Part shown: positions 15,050 through 30,039 of the stretch, piece by piece
Numbering within the stretch: position 1 is the stretch's first letter
Layout: the number at the start of each line of letters is the position of its first letter
Assembly (NCBI GenBank): GCA_030141605.1
Contig: JAQGDQ010000441.1
Location: 1 to 64,000, forward strand
Source: Tubiluchus corallicola
Lineage: Eukaryota; Animalia; Priapulida
Direction of reading: 5' to 3'
DNA: 64,000 nt
The notes under the pieces: model-generated
What the model was told of the DNA's origin: nothing
What the model saw: the letters and a program-made list of their open reading frames with translations, nothing else
The model's database searches: none
Translations under genes and position numbers: made by a program

Positions 15050-15701
15050 CGAATCTTGAGAGAGTAATATTTATGCCATGCACCTGGAGGTGCGAATCTT
15101 GAGAGAGTAATATTTATGCCATGCACCTGGAGGTCCGAATCTTGAGAGAGTAATATTTATGCCATGCACGTGGAGGTCCGAATCTTGAGAGAGTAATATT
15201 TATGCCATGCACGTGGAGGTCCGAATCTTGAGAGAGTAATATTTATGCCATGCACCTGGAGGTGCGAATCTTGAGAGAGTAATATTCATGCCATGCACCT
15301 GGAGGTGCGAATCTTGAGAGAGTAATATTCATGCCATGCACCTGGAGGTGCGAATCTTGAGAGAGTAATATTTATGCCATGCACCTGGAGGTGCGAATCT
15401 TGAGAGAGTAATATTTATGCCATGCACCTGGAGGTCCGAATCTTGAGAGAGTAATATTCATGCCATGCACCTGGAGGTGCGAATCTTGAGAGAGTAATAT
15501 TTATGCCATGCACCTGGAGGTGCGAATCTTGAGAGAGTAATATTTATGCCATGCACCTGGAGGCCCGAATCTTGAGAGAGTAATATTTGTGCCATGCACC
15601 TGGAGGTGCGAATCTTGAGAGAGTAATATTTATGCCATGCACCTGGAGGTGCGAATCTTGAGAGAGTAATATTTATGCCATGCACCTGGAGGTGCGAATC
15701 T
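15050..15701. repeat. Minisatellite, 43-bp unit, ~15 copies
   Basis: Unit CGAATCTTGAGAGAGTAATATTTATGCCATGCACCTGGAGGTG; nearly homogeneous, no spacers. Confidence 0.95.
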
Positions 15702-16492
15702 TTCTCGATCTTTCTCGATCTCACCGATTCGTATATCAGTCATGAAATATGGATAATTCCTCTTTACTGGTCCATTGCTTTGTCATCTCAGTCATTCACT
15801 GCTCACTGGAAGTAAACTGTTCTGTTCCGGAAGTTATCTCCAGACTTCTGGTTCTTAGGACACTGTTTATAACATAATCAATAACAATCTTTGAAACCTA
15901 ATGATCCAGGTGCTTGTGCATAATCAAACAAGCACAGCTTACCAAGATATCTGGTCATATAGGTCGTATCATGTGTTGTGCATCACATTTCAATATGGCT
16001 AATAAATAACGTTGATCAGCTTCATGAGTTCAGTCTCATGTCATTAGAAATGACGCCTTTTTGTATTCGCTTGCTGGAACTTAGTAACGTTGTACTTGTT
16101 GAAACGGGGGCCTAAAAATCCTGTGAAATTCTAAGAATTCGGGCAAAGAATCCTCTGCCCCCCCCCCCAAATTCAGGAACCCCGTACGCCTATGATCAGA
16201 TGTGGCAGCCACAGATCGAATGGTGTCATTGTTTGTTAGCTACCAAAAAATCGGGACAGTCATGTTAATTTGTCCACCAGAAATTGAGAAAATGCTTGTT
16301 ATATTTTTATATACATGAAAATTTAATCCATTTTCTTAAAATAAATTTGTGTTTTTTAAAAATAATTGCCCTTTAGGACATCGTAAAAATTGCTTGCAGA
16401 AAAATTAATTTCTAATTTATTACAACTTTCCGTCAGTTATGAGTTAATATCCTAAAACTAATAATAGATGTTACATAGAGTGTTAAAATTCC

Positions 16493-17111
16493 TTGAAGGA
16501 AGACAGGATGATTTTTCATATACTACCCCATTTTCAAGTCCGATAAAAAGTACACATTTTAACACAATTAATACTGCAAAAGCGTTATTCTGATAATTAA
16601 ATAAATAATTAATAGATTAAATACTTGATTAACGGCAGGCCATCTCCTACTATTGATGACATCACAAACTAACATAATTTTCAACGGCAAAAATATTTCA
16701 CGAGCGTGTTGCACGTGTTTGTGAAAGTGAAAATTGAAGTACAGTGCTACTGTAAGACATTCAGTGTGTTGTACTAAAACTAGACAAGTTTTAAGATAAA
16801 AATTCAAATTTCAAGTTTACCGTCAAACGTGTGTAGTTCGTCACAGAATAACACATCTGAACAGAGTGGTACAGCACCTGTTTTTTGTGCAATGCATTTC
16901 CAAAATGCAGGTGCTTGTGCCCATCTAACTAGCAAATGACGAAATGCGTGTAACAGCGAAGAACTAGTGGCGCGAACGTGAAATTGTATTTGTGTGGTAA
17001 TAATTCTTTCACGTAAGTCATTTTAGAAAAAAATATGATGTTTCCTTTCAATGTTTTAAAGAGTAGATTATTTTGACCTACAGTTTAAGATTGGGTCCGG
17101 TTTTGCTTTAA
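16493..17111 (+). mobile_element. Family A Kolobok-like non-autonomous element (~620 bp)
   Basis: Termini AGGAAGACAGGA...TCCGGTTTTGCT-TTAA (imperfect ~12-bp TIR); many related copies in the window. Confidence 0.8.
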
Positions 17112-17713
17112 ACATTTATTTTCTTTTACAGCGTCTAACAATACATGAATAAGAACCTTAAAACACACAGCTATCGAAGACACACACGTGCTTTAACACA
17201 TAGACACGGTGTCCTAAACGTTGTGTACAAGAAAGCAATCTTAAATAGCATTAAATTTTGCTAAATGGGCTGTGAGTAATAAAACTTTGCTTAATCTTTT
17301 CTAACTGGTAAAACTGCCTGGTGTCGTGGGGTCTCGGTGCCTCGGGCTAGTAAAACGTTACCTCCCATTTGGCGTATCGCCGAGGATGTCCCCCTTCTGG
17401 CCTGTGGACATTTAACCACGTTTTGCTATTTTGTTTCTATACAGTTGTCCAAGTGCAGCGGGTCACTTTTCTTTTAACGAATGCAGAAATGTGATAATTT
17501 TGCATTATTGTGCATTTACTTATTAAAATAATACAGCATAACGTTTTGCGAAGCGTTCAACATGTTCATAATAGCTAGAGGATGCATATTGTAAGGAGAG
17601 CATCAACTGTTAAATTAGAAATTTCAAAATTTCAAAAGCAGACGCGAAAATGTCCCAGACTGGAGTTGATAGGCCCATAATTTTATATTATTAATACAAT
17701 ATATTAATACAAT

Positions 17714-17943
<230 letters not shown>

Positions 17944-18450
17944 ATTACATACATATAGATTACATATATTAAAAATTAAACTTGAAATAATTGGGAGTTT
18001 TAGAAGTTTTTTCTTTACCAATATAAATATATCAAAAAAATTAGATTCGTAGTAATTACTTTAATCGACATCCAAAGATGAAGAACTAAATTTTGCCGCG
18101 TTGAATCACATAACATTTAATTTTCAATTTTTTTATATTTTCCTGTCTTATTACTCTACGCAGTCCTACAAATTACTTACAATGGACGTAAAACTTTTGT
18201 TAACTTAAAACAGTTACTGTGAGACTCTGTTATAAATTCATAATGGTGAATTAAAAACATTTTAATATGAATTTAATCTGACTTGTACGTTATTCGTAAG
18301 TTCTCTTCCCTGATACTAAATGATTCTGTTTCTTGTTGCTTAAAATCTTTTTATTTTACAGCCAGTGCTTAACGGGTTAAGAAGAGTTTTAATGAATAAA
18401 TGCAAAAATTGCACGAAGAATCGATTTGCTTATTTGTAATATTGCTGTTC

Positions 18451-18952
18451 TATAGGTTTTACATGTCAAATGTAGACACAGGAAAGTTCAAATGTGACTT
18501 AGGTAAGTCAAATGTAGACATAGGAATTTCGAATGTGTTTTGGTAACTTAAATGTGACTTGGGTAAGTCAAATGTAGATACATTACTTTGAATAAATCAG
18601 TAATTAAGTTATTTAATTGCAAATTACAAAAAGATAAACCAAAGATAGTGCATCTATTAGTGAATCTATAACATTGTTATTTTAACTTAGGAGCAATTAT
18701 TAAATTGAAATTAAAGGAGATTAAATTTAACATCCGTAAACTTTACCACCTATCCACATTTGAGATACCATTGTCACATTTGACTTTACATGTGTCTACA
18801 TTTGACTGCCAAAAACGCTTAAGATTTCTTGAAAACCATTGTTAACACATTTGAACTACCTAAGTCTACATTTGAGTTACCAAGACACATTTGAATTACC
18901 TAAATCTACATTTGAGTTAACGCAGGTCTGTATTTCACATGTAAAACCTATA
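18451..18952. mobile_element. Family C MITE, opposite orientation
   Basis: TATA-GGTTTTAC...GTAAAACC-TATA. Confidence 0.88.
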
Positions 18953-20329
18953 TTTGTAATTAGAAAGATGAATTAATTTCAAAGTGTGCAAATTAATACA
19001 AAAAAAACTTTCAAATAAATACTTTGTCCTCGCTGTTATTGAATTGATTCTGTTATTTATGATTCTAAAAAGTGTTATTAATCGTCTTAGAATGTAAAAA
19101 TCAAAAATTACTTTTCTCTTAGCATTGGAAACATATTCTACGTACTACGCATATTTCATTAGGTGTTTTTACATATACATATTTAATAAAACGGTTTTTC
19201 TGTACACGCTGAGTTAAGATTAGACTGCAAAAGCCCAGCGTCTGACGACTCGACTTATTTTTGGCTAGTGGCGCTTGCCTCTTGGGCTAACAGTTGGCAC
19301 GAACAATGCGCAGCAACGGGGCGCCAAATGCAGTACAAGGGAGCAGTGTCCAAGCTTGTACGGTGGGTGTATACTAGCCTAGGGTCTTTTCAAACGGTCA
19401 ACTCCCCTTCGGTACGCAGTACATTATGTTATAGCTGCACGAAAGGCGGCGTTTCAGTCCGGCATTTCTCTGCCACAGTGCGCATGTCGACGAATTCCAA
19501 CCCTGGGACCAAGAACTAAGTCTTACAAGGTCATGAGAAAGATCAGACTTTGAAGAAAGGGATCGCAAGAAACATAATAAACTTTTGACCGAATCAGTAC
19601 TATTATTACCTCAATGAAATTATGAGAAATCTATAGAATAAGCGGCGCACCGCCAGAATTATTTTTGTTGAAAAGGATAATGACACTTTATCGTATGCTG
19701 GCGGCTTAAGATCTTTAATGGTACCAGTGAAAGTCAAACATCAGTTAGTTTGATTTTATTTTAAAATAAACAACAAAGCTGATAGGCTGGTGCTCATCAC
19801 GTGTAAAGAAGCCAAGTAATTTAGAAGTGACAGGCCACCAATTTTCAAATTTTCATAGACAGAATTCATTCCTTGGTTTTTCGTTTTTGCAAAATTTTGA
19901 TTATATATGTCTTATTTTGTGACAAAAAAAAACAGAATAAAATTCGGAATTCAATGAGCGTCGAACTCTAACACAGAAATGTAGTGTAAGGTGCATTTTA
20001 GATTATTCAAAACTCATGTGATAGAAACTTACCTAATTTTGTTGTCTAAGTCAAAAATAGAAGGTAAAGATTTGCTGTAATTATTTTCTTTAGAAAGCCT
20101 TGTTTTAAGTTTCAGCAAAATTACTGACGTCATCGTTAGACGGTTCAATTTCAAGCCAATATTTCTTTACGTTTTATTTAGATAAACTTTGTTTCTCTCT
20201 CTTTCTTTCCTTCCTTCTTTGCTTTTCTTTCTTTCGTTATTTTTAGACTTTTATTATTTTTTTAATAATTTTAATTTTCTATTTAACTTTCTCGCTTTCT
20301 ATTTATCTTTCATTCTGTCTTTCTTGCTT

Positions 20330-20612
<283 letters not shown>

Positions 20613-21360
20613 GTTTTGCATCCTTTATCTACGTGGACCAACATTAACTAGATTTAAGAAACCGTGTCTACTGAGTCCTCCCCCTTGTCGTATGTAACAC
20701 ATGCATGTACGTTACACATTCTTTTTAATGTCAGTCTTTTCAATTTGAGACAGATATGACAAGTTTTGTTTAACACTTGGATTTCACACGTTACACCGAC
20801 ATTCTCTAAGTTGCCCAGTTGAAAAGGTGTCGTCCTACATTCCATCATCTACTGTACACACAACTAGCGCGGTGACTTATGCAAATGCAAATCTTGAATT
20901 TTGTCAACTGCATAAAGTTTGAAGATACGAATAACAAAGGTCAGATGCCTGAGTGGCTATGAGAACACTACTGCTCTGTGTCCGGTGGGAGGAACTATAG
21001 CCATGGGCGATGAATCATGAATTCTAAATCAGTAGAGAACGCAGTAGAACATGTCTCCTGCCCCCAACAGGGAAATGTCGGCGATTCTCAGGACGTGAAC
21101 TCCTTGCCCCATACGCTGCAGAATTTTGCTTTTTGTTGGTGTGTGTCCTACGCGCCGAGTACATTTCCTGCCTGCTGTCTGATGCCGTTCTCAAAACACT
21201 AATTAGGTGCTATAAAAATTAGCATAATTGGATTTTAAAGAACAACATTACTAATCCTGTAGCTCTGTTTGCATCGTACTGGGTGCTTAAACGGTTTTAC
21301 TATAAATGTTTTCTTCAGACATTGATTAAATGTGAATCTGCAGTTTTGCTTATAGGCAGT

Positions 21361-21880
<520 letters not shown>

Positions 21881-23632
21881 TAGGATGATAATGAAAAGAT
21901 GAAGCGGTGCTGTTGATAAAAAAATTTGATGTTGAAGAGAAATCATGCACTAATAATAAATAATTAAATAAGTTAATAATAACAAATAAGCAAAATACTT
22001 ATTAAAAGAAATGTTTGCTTTCGATATTTGCACACTTTGAAATAAATATGTGACATAAAGCTGATCCTGTACAGAAAGTAGTAAGAATTCAAAACCTCGG
22101 TGAAATAAATTACACGTGTGCGTAAATGCGCATGCTCAGAACAATAGAATTAATTACTTACCTGAGACTAGTTCAAGTTAGCTACCATAAAAAAATGAAT
22201 TTATTAATTACTTCAACGCGGTTTCTGGCCAAACACGCAAGGCAGTCAGTATTTATGATTTGTCAAAAATCTCAAATGGTCTATAATTATTACTGAGTTT
22301 AATCAGACTCGCTTTGATTGTTTGTTCCACCAAAGTTTGCAAACAGTCTGTTTGTTCTACAAACTTCGAGAAATTACTTATTAATAAATTATTAAAAATA
22401 ATAATTATGAATGCATTGAAATCCGAAAAATTATTTTTTCAACACGAATATGAGTACACAAGGTAGGTGTTTAGGCATCTGTAATATATTGAGTTTATTT
22501 ATTTATTTATACATCCTGATTTCTGTCCTCTATTCCTATACGTTTTTCTGACTGCGCAAAGTTTTATTATTTTAGTCATCTGTACACGTGGAATTTACCA
22601 AGCTTGTTGTGGGGCCACGTAAGACTGTTTTCACTGATTCGTTGCTACTAATTATTTTTAACAAATCCAGAAATGCTTAATACGCCGAATAAATACACTA
22701 TTTACTGTAAATCGTAATATTTTATACATTATTCGTGTGTTGTGTACAATCTCACGTGGGCAAGTAGCATCTCAAGCGGGCACAAGTACTACATTTTGTT
22801 TTTTTGGTGTGTATTCATCCGCCGAATAAATACACTATTTACTGTACATGGTATTTTTTTACGATTATACAAAGTAGGTGTTTAGGCATCTGTAACATTT
22901 TCAGTTGATTTATATAAGGTCAGGAAATTTAATACAGAGTCTAGCAAAAAAACTTGGTCAAATTGAAATCCTTATGAAATACGCAATTCTTTTCAAGGAA
23001 TATTTCGCCAAATAAAAAAATGAATAGTAAATATTTCTCGATTATTTATTCGTAAAATTATTCGAATTTAATTAAATTGTGCCTCTTATAACGAGTACGA
23101 GTTCAATTCAATTTCTTGAACGTTTGGACGATATTTTTAGGTCAATTTCACCAGTTATAGTATACCCACATAACTATATTTCATAGTCTTGCACTCTTCT
23201 TACAATCATAGGTTTTAACTCAAAGAAACTCGGGCTTTTTCTAGAAAAAAACTCAGGTCGTGTGACGCAAATTTAAAACGGAATTTTTGCGAAAATTCTA
23301 ATTTAAAAAGTAGCCATGACATCGCTGCATCAGGAAGATTGATGACGGAAATATATAGAAATAATATAGCAGTTATGAAAATAGTAAACACACGAATGAG
23401 AAAGAGAGGAAAACTCGAAGAAAATTGAAAGAGAAAAAATATAACTAGAAAAGTATGAAAAGGAGTGATTGGTTTAGGTTAGCTAACGAGAATTACTCAA
23501 ACGAGGACAATCATTAAAATCCTTTCAACAGTTTTAACTCAAAATCGTGAATTTTCTTTTCTTCCAGCGCTCACTAATTTTATCATTTCTCCACTTTTGC
23601 AAACAGTTTTTTTACACGAAAGTTTCACCAAC

Positions 23633-23814
23633 CTGAGTTTGAGTTAAACCTAAAGCGGCAGCTAGTTCGGCTCTCTCCGGCAAAGCGAGGTACTGAGTCC
23701 TTTGGAATCTCTTGTTCAACTGCTGCAGTTGCAAACTGCTGTATATTGTTCTCGGTTTCCTCATCTTTTTACCCTTGTGAGTAGTACGAAGTTCGTCTTC
23801 TTTGGGTGAGTCAT
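23633..23814 (-). CDS. Dll: Distal-less/Dlx homeobox gene, coding exon 2 (homeodomain helices 1-2)
   Basis: Translates [61 protein letters not shown]; acceptor TTACAG|, donor CAG|GTTGGT at the conserved Q/V intron position of the Dll homeobox. Confidence 0.97.
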
Positions 23815-25125
23815 CTGTAAGATTAATGCAAACGTAAATATTATGATTGGCTAATTGGACTGGTGGGAACCACTGTGTTGCTGTAGGTAATGATATATCT
23901 ACTCGAGTAAATTGAGCTATTAAGCACGTCTCAGCTTTAAAACTGCCGTTCAGTCAGCCTAAAACAGACGAAAAATAACCATACATCATTGAAGGGTAGT
24001 TCTAATTTTTTATCTACGACAAAATGCTACGTAATTATATTGAAACGTGTAATATTAAGGTTTCTCATTTACATTGTATGTTATTATAGCACTAGCTTGT
24101 AGATTTACTGAAATTACCGTAACTCATTAACAATAAATTCACTTCCTAGAGTAGAACTATTCCTTGTATTAATACTACACGTATACAGGGGTTTGCAAGC
24201 TAGTATTTCCAAGGAAAAATACTATTTTTCAGGTCTGTATGTAATTAGTTTGCTTAGTATTTCTTCTTAGTAACACGTTACATTAATAGTGACAGAATAC
24301 GAATTTATAATGAACTATGAAGCATTTCGTATGTGCGTATGTGGCAAATGCATGACAATTCGGCCATCAGCGAAAAACAAACACGCGTAGTACGAACTGT
24401 ATTATAATTATTATATGATGTATGATATTATTATAATCATATTAATACTAATTATACTAATTATGATAATTATACTAATTATTATACCCACGTAAATGAA
24501 TGCGCAACCTCTCAATACGAAAGAAAATCTTTTATAGCCAGTTATAATTATTGAATTGAATGAATTCGAATTTGAATTTTTAGTTTAGAATTTCTTCCAT
24601 ATAAAACAGGAATAAAAACTTACAAAATAAAAAACAGCATTGCACATACAAATTAGCGAAAAACTTTATACCATGTACTAATTTAGGCCCACGCGTAGAA
24701 TTTTTATAAGTGTTTGGCCATACAAAGACCAAGAGACACCAGTTATTGATATTTTATTATTATATTAAAGTATATGTACACATACTTTGAAACATATATA
24801 CGTATATAAAAGTATATACACATGTATGTACGACGGACATTTACTGTTCACTGATGCTAAATTATTATGCATTTGCCACATATGCACATACGAGATGCTT
24901 CATACTTCATTCTAAATTCTCATACTGTTACTATATTAGTGACGTGTTTCAAAGATGAAATTATAAATTCTCATACTGTTACTATTACAGTAACGTGTTT
25001 TAAAGATGAGATTATAAATTCTCATACAGTTACTATTATAGTAACTTGTTACTAAGAAGAAATGCTGAGCAATATGTTTACGAACAGTTTTGAAAAAAAT
25101 TGGTTTTTTTGCTTGGAATATAAAG

Positions 25126-25163
<38 letters not shown>

Positions 25164-25307
25164 GAAATACAACAAATTTTTTTCAGAAATGTACGTAATT
25201 GGTTTGTTCAGCATTTCTTCTTAGTATAGTACATCTTACTATAATAGTAACAGTATAAAAATTTATAATTTCATCTTTGTAACACGTTACTATAATAGTA
25301 ACAGTAA

Positions 25308-26516
25308 TATTCAAAAATTTGGTGTAGTAGATACTCTATTAACCTGTCTTTATTTGCTTTATACTATCTTTATATATTTTTTACTATTATATAGTATATT
25401 ATATTACATTATATATGCGCTATGCCGATATTAAATAAAGATTTACCATATCATATCATATCATACTATATCATATCATATCATATCATACCATATCATA
25501 TATCATATCATATCATATCATATCATACCATATCATATCACATCACATCTCATCACATCTCATTCATCATGTCACCTCCCATCACATCACATCACACCAT
25601 ATTATATCATCATATCATATCATCACATCATATGTTTATTGTTTACCTAACGACAACAACAAAGCAACATACAAGTTCATCCACGCGACATTTTACATTG
25701 AAGAAAACTAACGCGTTGAATAACACCGTTTTCCGGCAAAAAAATCAAAAATTCCATGGCGTGGATGTTTTTGCACAAACTCGTGTGTATTTTAAGTTTC
25801 TGTTTAGAACAAACTTGTATTATGGATCAGGAAACTGATGTCATATCAGTAGCGCCTGTTGTTGACTTTGGGAATTAGTAGAAAACACTCAGAAAACCTG
25901 CTCAAGTGTGTATATTTGGTTTAGAGCTTTATTATCATGTTCATCTACATTTCACAAGCCACGTACTGCAAATCCCGGTGTAATACGTTACACAGTATTA
26001 ACTCTCCGCCAGCTTCAAATGTTGTTCATGAAAAAAGCCGCCTCGTATCAAGTTTCATACCAAATTTTATGATTTTCGTAAATTTCGTTTAGTTCTCTGA
26101 TGGGAAATTATTGTACTTAATGGTGCTTATTTGCACTTAACCTATAAAATATGGCAGCTTACATACGAACTGGAACTGATAATTCAAAAATTTGCTGTAC
26201 ATACACTATTAACCTGTCTTTGTTTCTTTTATACATATATATATATCTATATATATCTTTATATATATATACACACGTGTGACGATATTAAATAAAGTTT
26301 TATCATATCATATAATATCATATCATATCGTGTCATGCATATCATATCATATCATATCAAATCACATCATATCGTATCATCATACCATCATATCATATCA
26401 TGTCATACCATATCATATCATAGCATATCATATCATATCATATCATATCACATCATATCATCATACTATCATATCATATCAGTATATCATATCATGTATA
26501 TGATATACATATCATA
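25308..26516. repeat. Direct duplication ~25308-25632 / ~26181-26516, each ending in (ATATC)n
   Basis: Shared ATTCAAAAATTTG..CTATTAACCTGTCTTT..GATATTAAATAAAG leader plus a pentanucleotide tract. Confidence 0.8.
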
Positions 26517-27011
26517 CAGACTAATTTAGTCACTAAACAAACAATGAAAAGAAAGACGTGATAATGACTTTATTACTGATGCTTGCTTCTCGTACCACTA
26601 GACGTTCTACAATGACATACCATCACAATTACGTTCAACATCATCAATACTTTATCAACACTGTGTTGTGGTATAATTACTGAGCCTTAGGCGACTTACG
26701 CGCGCACATCTTTATCAATAAAAACGCGTGCCTTATTTGATGTTCAGCGTTAAATTGAAGATGATCTCTAAACAAGATGATAATTGCACGTTTACGCTAA
26801 CCAACCGCAGTTTAAATTGCCACGATCGTGTTAAATAATTAATTTGATCGGATGACAGAAACACCCAAACATGGAGCAAGATCGTTCTAGTTATCAACAG
26901 CGCTTAATTCTACGTTTATGTGATAAATGAAATTAATACTTGATTTTTAAAAACTGTTCATAACTTACAATAGTACGATAAAAAAAGATAATTAATAATA
27001 ATATATATTAT

Positions 27012-27111
<100 letters not shown>

Positions 27112-28604
27112 CACGAAGGTTTTTAAAATATGTGCAATTCGGTTTTAGTATCTTACACATGTTATGCTACTTTTCACACTTGAAATCTACTCTTAGGTTT
27201 TTTTATTAAGATCTTCTACTTGCTATTTCAAGTTTATTTAATAATTAATAAATCTATAATTAATTTATAAACCGTATCTATCTATTTTGTTATTTATTTG
27301 TAATTACTTAATTATTACTGTTGCTGTAAATGATGTTGATTTAAAATTATAATTTATGCGCAATGGTACAAAATACATATGACTTATAATTATTATACAA
27401 AATACATATAAATACCAATAACTGCATATTAGTAATCATACTGTGCGCACGAATTATAAAAATCAATTAACTTAATTAAGATGTCACTAATGAAGTATAT
27501 TAGCGATTACAGCTGTACAATGCTAAATAATGTAACGTTCGATGAGTCGGGAAATGAGTATGCTGATTTGTATATGCTCATAGTTAACGTGTAAATGCTT
27601 AAACTTGCGGACTTTTACTTGTCATAATAACATTATTATTATTGGCAAAAGATTAAGAGAAAATTCACCAATTTAACCAAATCGTTTACCAATACGCAAA
27701 GAAACAGCTTCTCTATATTTGCTTTATTAGAAGTAAATAACAACATTATTAGAGCAAGTTAAGTATCGGTTAACTTTACGACATTTTAATGATTTTAAAT
27801 TATCTGTCGTGTTAGCAAACAGTAGATTTTCCCAACAGCTCTATACAAGATTGGCTAAATTAATTTTTGTGATTAAATGACAACTCTTTAAAGTAAAAGA
27901 AATGTTTAAAAACACTGAGGAAAAAAAGAAACTTTTGCGTACTATAAAAAAAGAATTTTTAAAAGACGCTTTTGCTTTTTGCTAAAAATTAACCAATTTA
28001 GTTAAAAATTAATCGCAGAAGAAATTATGATGACAGTTATATAAGGTTTATTTGTTTTAAGTGGATTGACATACAGTAATATTACTGGTGAGTGTTTTCC
28101 CCTGTTCAGCTAATACGTTTTGGTTGAGAACAGATATAAATAACTGGTTATCAAGAATAGATAGTTCAAAAACACAAGCAAAATCATTAGTTAAGACTTA
28201 AAATTGAAATATACAAATTAAGACGAAATTCATAACCGCTATACCGAAGTGTTTCTATAAAATTCTGCTCTTACAAACTGCAAATGAAAAAAAATTTTGG
28301 TACCTAAAGTCCTTCAAGTAATTGTAAAATTTAACTGTTTAATACAGCTTAATTTATTATCATAAATTGAATCATATAAATTAAATTATCAGCAAAGCAT
28401 AAAATCAACAATGTTATTAAGTGTTTCTATAATGTGACCACCCGTAATAGCTACTGCTCATTTTCGCGTCATTATCTTAATTACGTTCGCTGGCGCGCGC
28501 CTAAATGTTTATTCATAGTTAACGTAGCACAGGTTCACTACAAGGCGCTATCTCTTTACCCTTATTATATGATATGAAAACGCTTAATTACTAATTATTT
28601 GTAC

Positions 28605-28926
28605 CTGCTGCGCCGAATATCTGTTGAGATGGATTGGATGATTGCTGATAAGGGTTGCCCAAAGGATGACTAGATGGTGCGTATGAGGTGTGTGAGTTCA
28701 TTCCAAAAGGGTAGCCCAGATGATGAGGAGCTCTTTGGTTGTGCGGAAAAAATCCGGCTCCGTTGTCAACGTGTTGTCCGTGCGGTGCGGATCCGTAGCC
28801 GGATGACACCATCGGATACCCGGGCGGCGCCGACATCCCGTGCATTGCGAGTCCTGGATGATGAAGCCCTGCCAGATACGGCGTGGGCTTCTGATCTTCG
28901 TGTTCGTACCTGTCATTACCTGCCAT
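28605..28926 (-). CDS. Dll: Distal-less/Dlx homeobox gene, coding exon 1 (MAGNDRYEHEDQKPTPYLAG...HHLGYPFGMNSHTSY...QQIFGAA)
   Basis: His/Pro/Gly/Ser/Tyr-rich open frame with an LGYPF motif typical of Dll N-termini; ATG at 28926-28924; donor CAG|GTAC at 28605/28604; 322 nt (phase 1) joins exon 2 in frame. The start codon is inferred. Confidence 0.85.
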
Positions 28927-28929
28927 ATT

Positions 28930-29900
28930 GCACTGTAGCTCGCACTTATAACAAAGTTCATTTAAGATCGGAAATTTGAGAAAAGTACAATGGATGGACG
29001 TAGGCAAACTCCGCCTACTTCCGACGACTCAGCGTTCCCACGGTTGCTAATCACAATCACACGAACTTTAAAAAAAATTGAATTCAACCCGATTCCGAGT
29101 AGAAATCTGTACACTTCCGACGTGGGACAGAAATGATATCAAATGTACAAAGTTTCAAACAGATTTAACATTTGGATAAAATGAGAATATTATTCGTCCC
29201 GCGCTGAAATTCTCGCACCTGTTCTACCTGCCCACTTAAGTGGAGATACACAGTCGTGGATACACATGCACAACCCGTCCGCTACTGAACAAGGGCGTCA
29301 TTTTTCTGAGGCAGGCATGAATCAAGCGCGGTGTATCCATGCATGAGTGAAGGAACAACGAAATGATTATTTCCGAATGGCCCCTTGTGAAGGCCGTACT
29401 GTGTCAGTGTGTATGTCATACCACACTAGTCAGATATATAGACAGGTGAACAAGAGAAAATGTTCTCTTTCAGACGGCAACCCCGTACACAGCGCCAGAA
29501 CCTTGTGAGAAACTGGTAACCGAATTTATTCTCATGAAATAATTAGTTGTTTCCCTAGGAAAGGATTTTATACTCCACTTTCCTGGCAGATCATGCACGC
29601 GAGCCGTCAGTCTGCACTCACACATTTTGTTAGCCGTTTTACCGACAACAATGTGCGATTGAATATTAGCCAATTAGATATTAGCCTAATCAGGTGTTAT
29701 GTACAAAGCCGACAGGAAAACCAAATAGGGCATTCAGCCACAAAGAGAGGAAGAGTGGTCGTCCTGCTGATTTATGCTGTAAAGCTTAATTTATGGCCGT
29801 CCGGGACAATACAGCATCAAAAAAACAGATGAAAAATTACCCTGATTAGTGAGCAACGGTTTGTGCCTGTTAGAATGGAACCATATTGGTCAGTGAATTG
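28930..29900 (-). promoter_or_regulatory. Putative Dll 5' UTR, promoter and proximal regulatory region
   Basis: Repeat-free, CpG-retaining sequence immediately upstream of exon 1 with several TAAT/TTTAT homeodomain cores; TSS not determined. Confidence 0.5.
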
Positions 29901-30039
29901 TGTAAGAACCATAAAAAACTGAATTAAATTATTCAAAAAAACTGAGAATTGAATTTCGTTACGCACGACGACCCGAGACCCAAGTTATTAGAACGTCATA
30001 AATCATCAATCAGTTCACCCATATTAAAAATATCGTAGT

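Noticed and set aside
15050-15701. CRISPR-like regular array and ORF 15458-15724
   Set aside because: Head-to-tail units with no unique spacers, no cas genes, eukaryotic context; the ORF is a repeat artefact.
28674-28979. ORFs overlapping Dll exon 1 in other frames or on the opposite strand
   Set aside because: Shadows of a GC-rich coding exon with no recognisable motifs.
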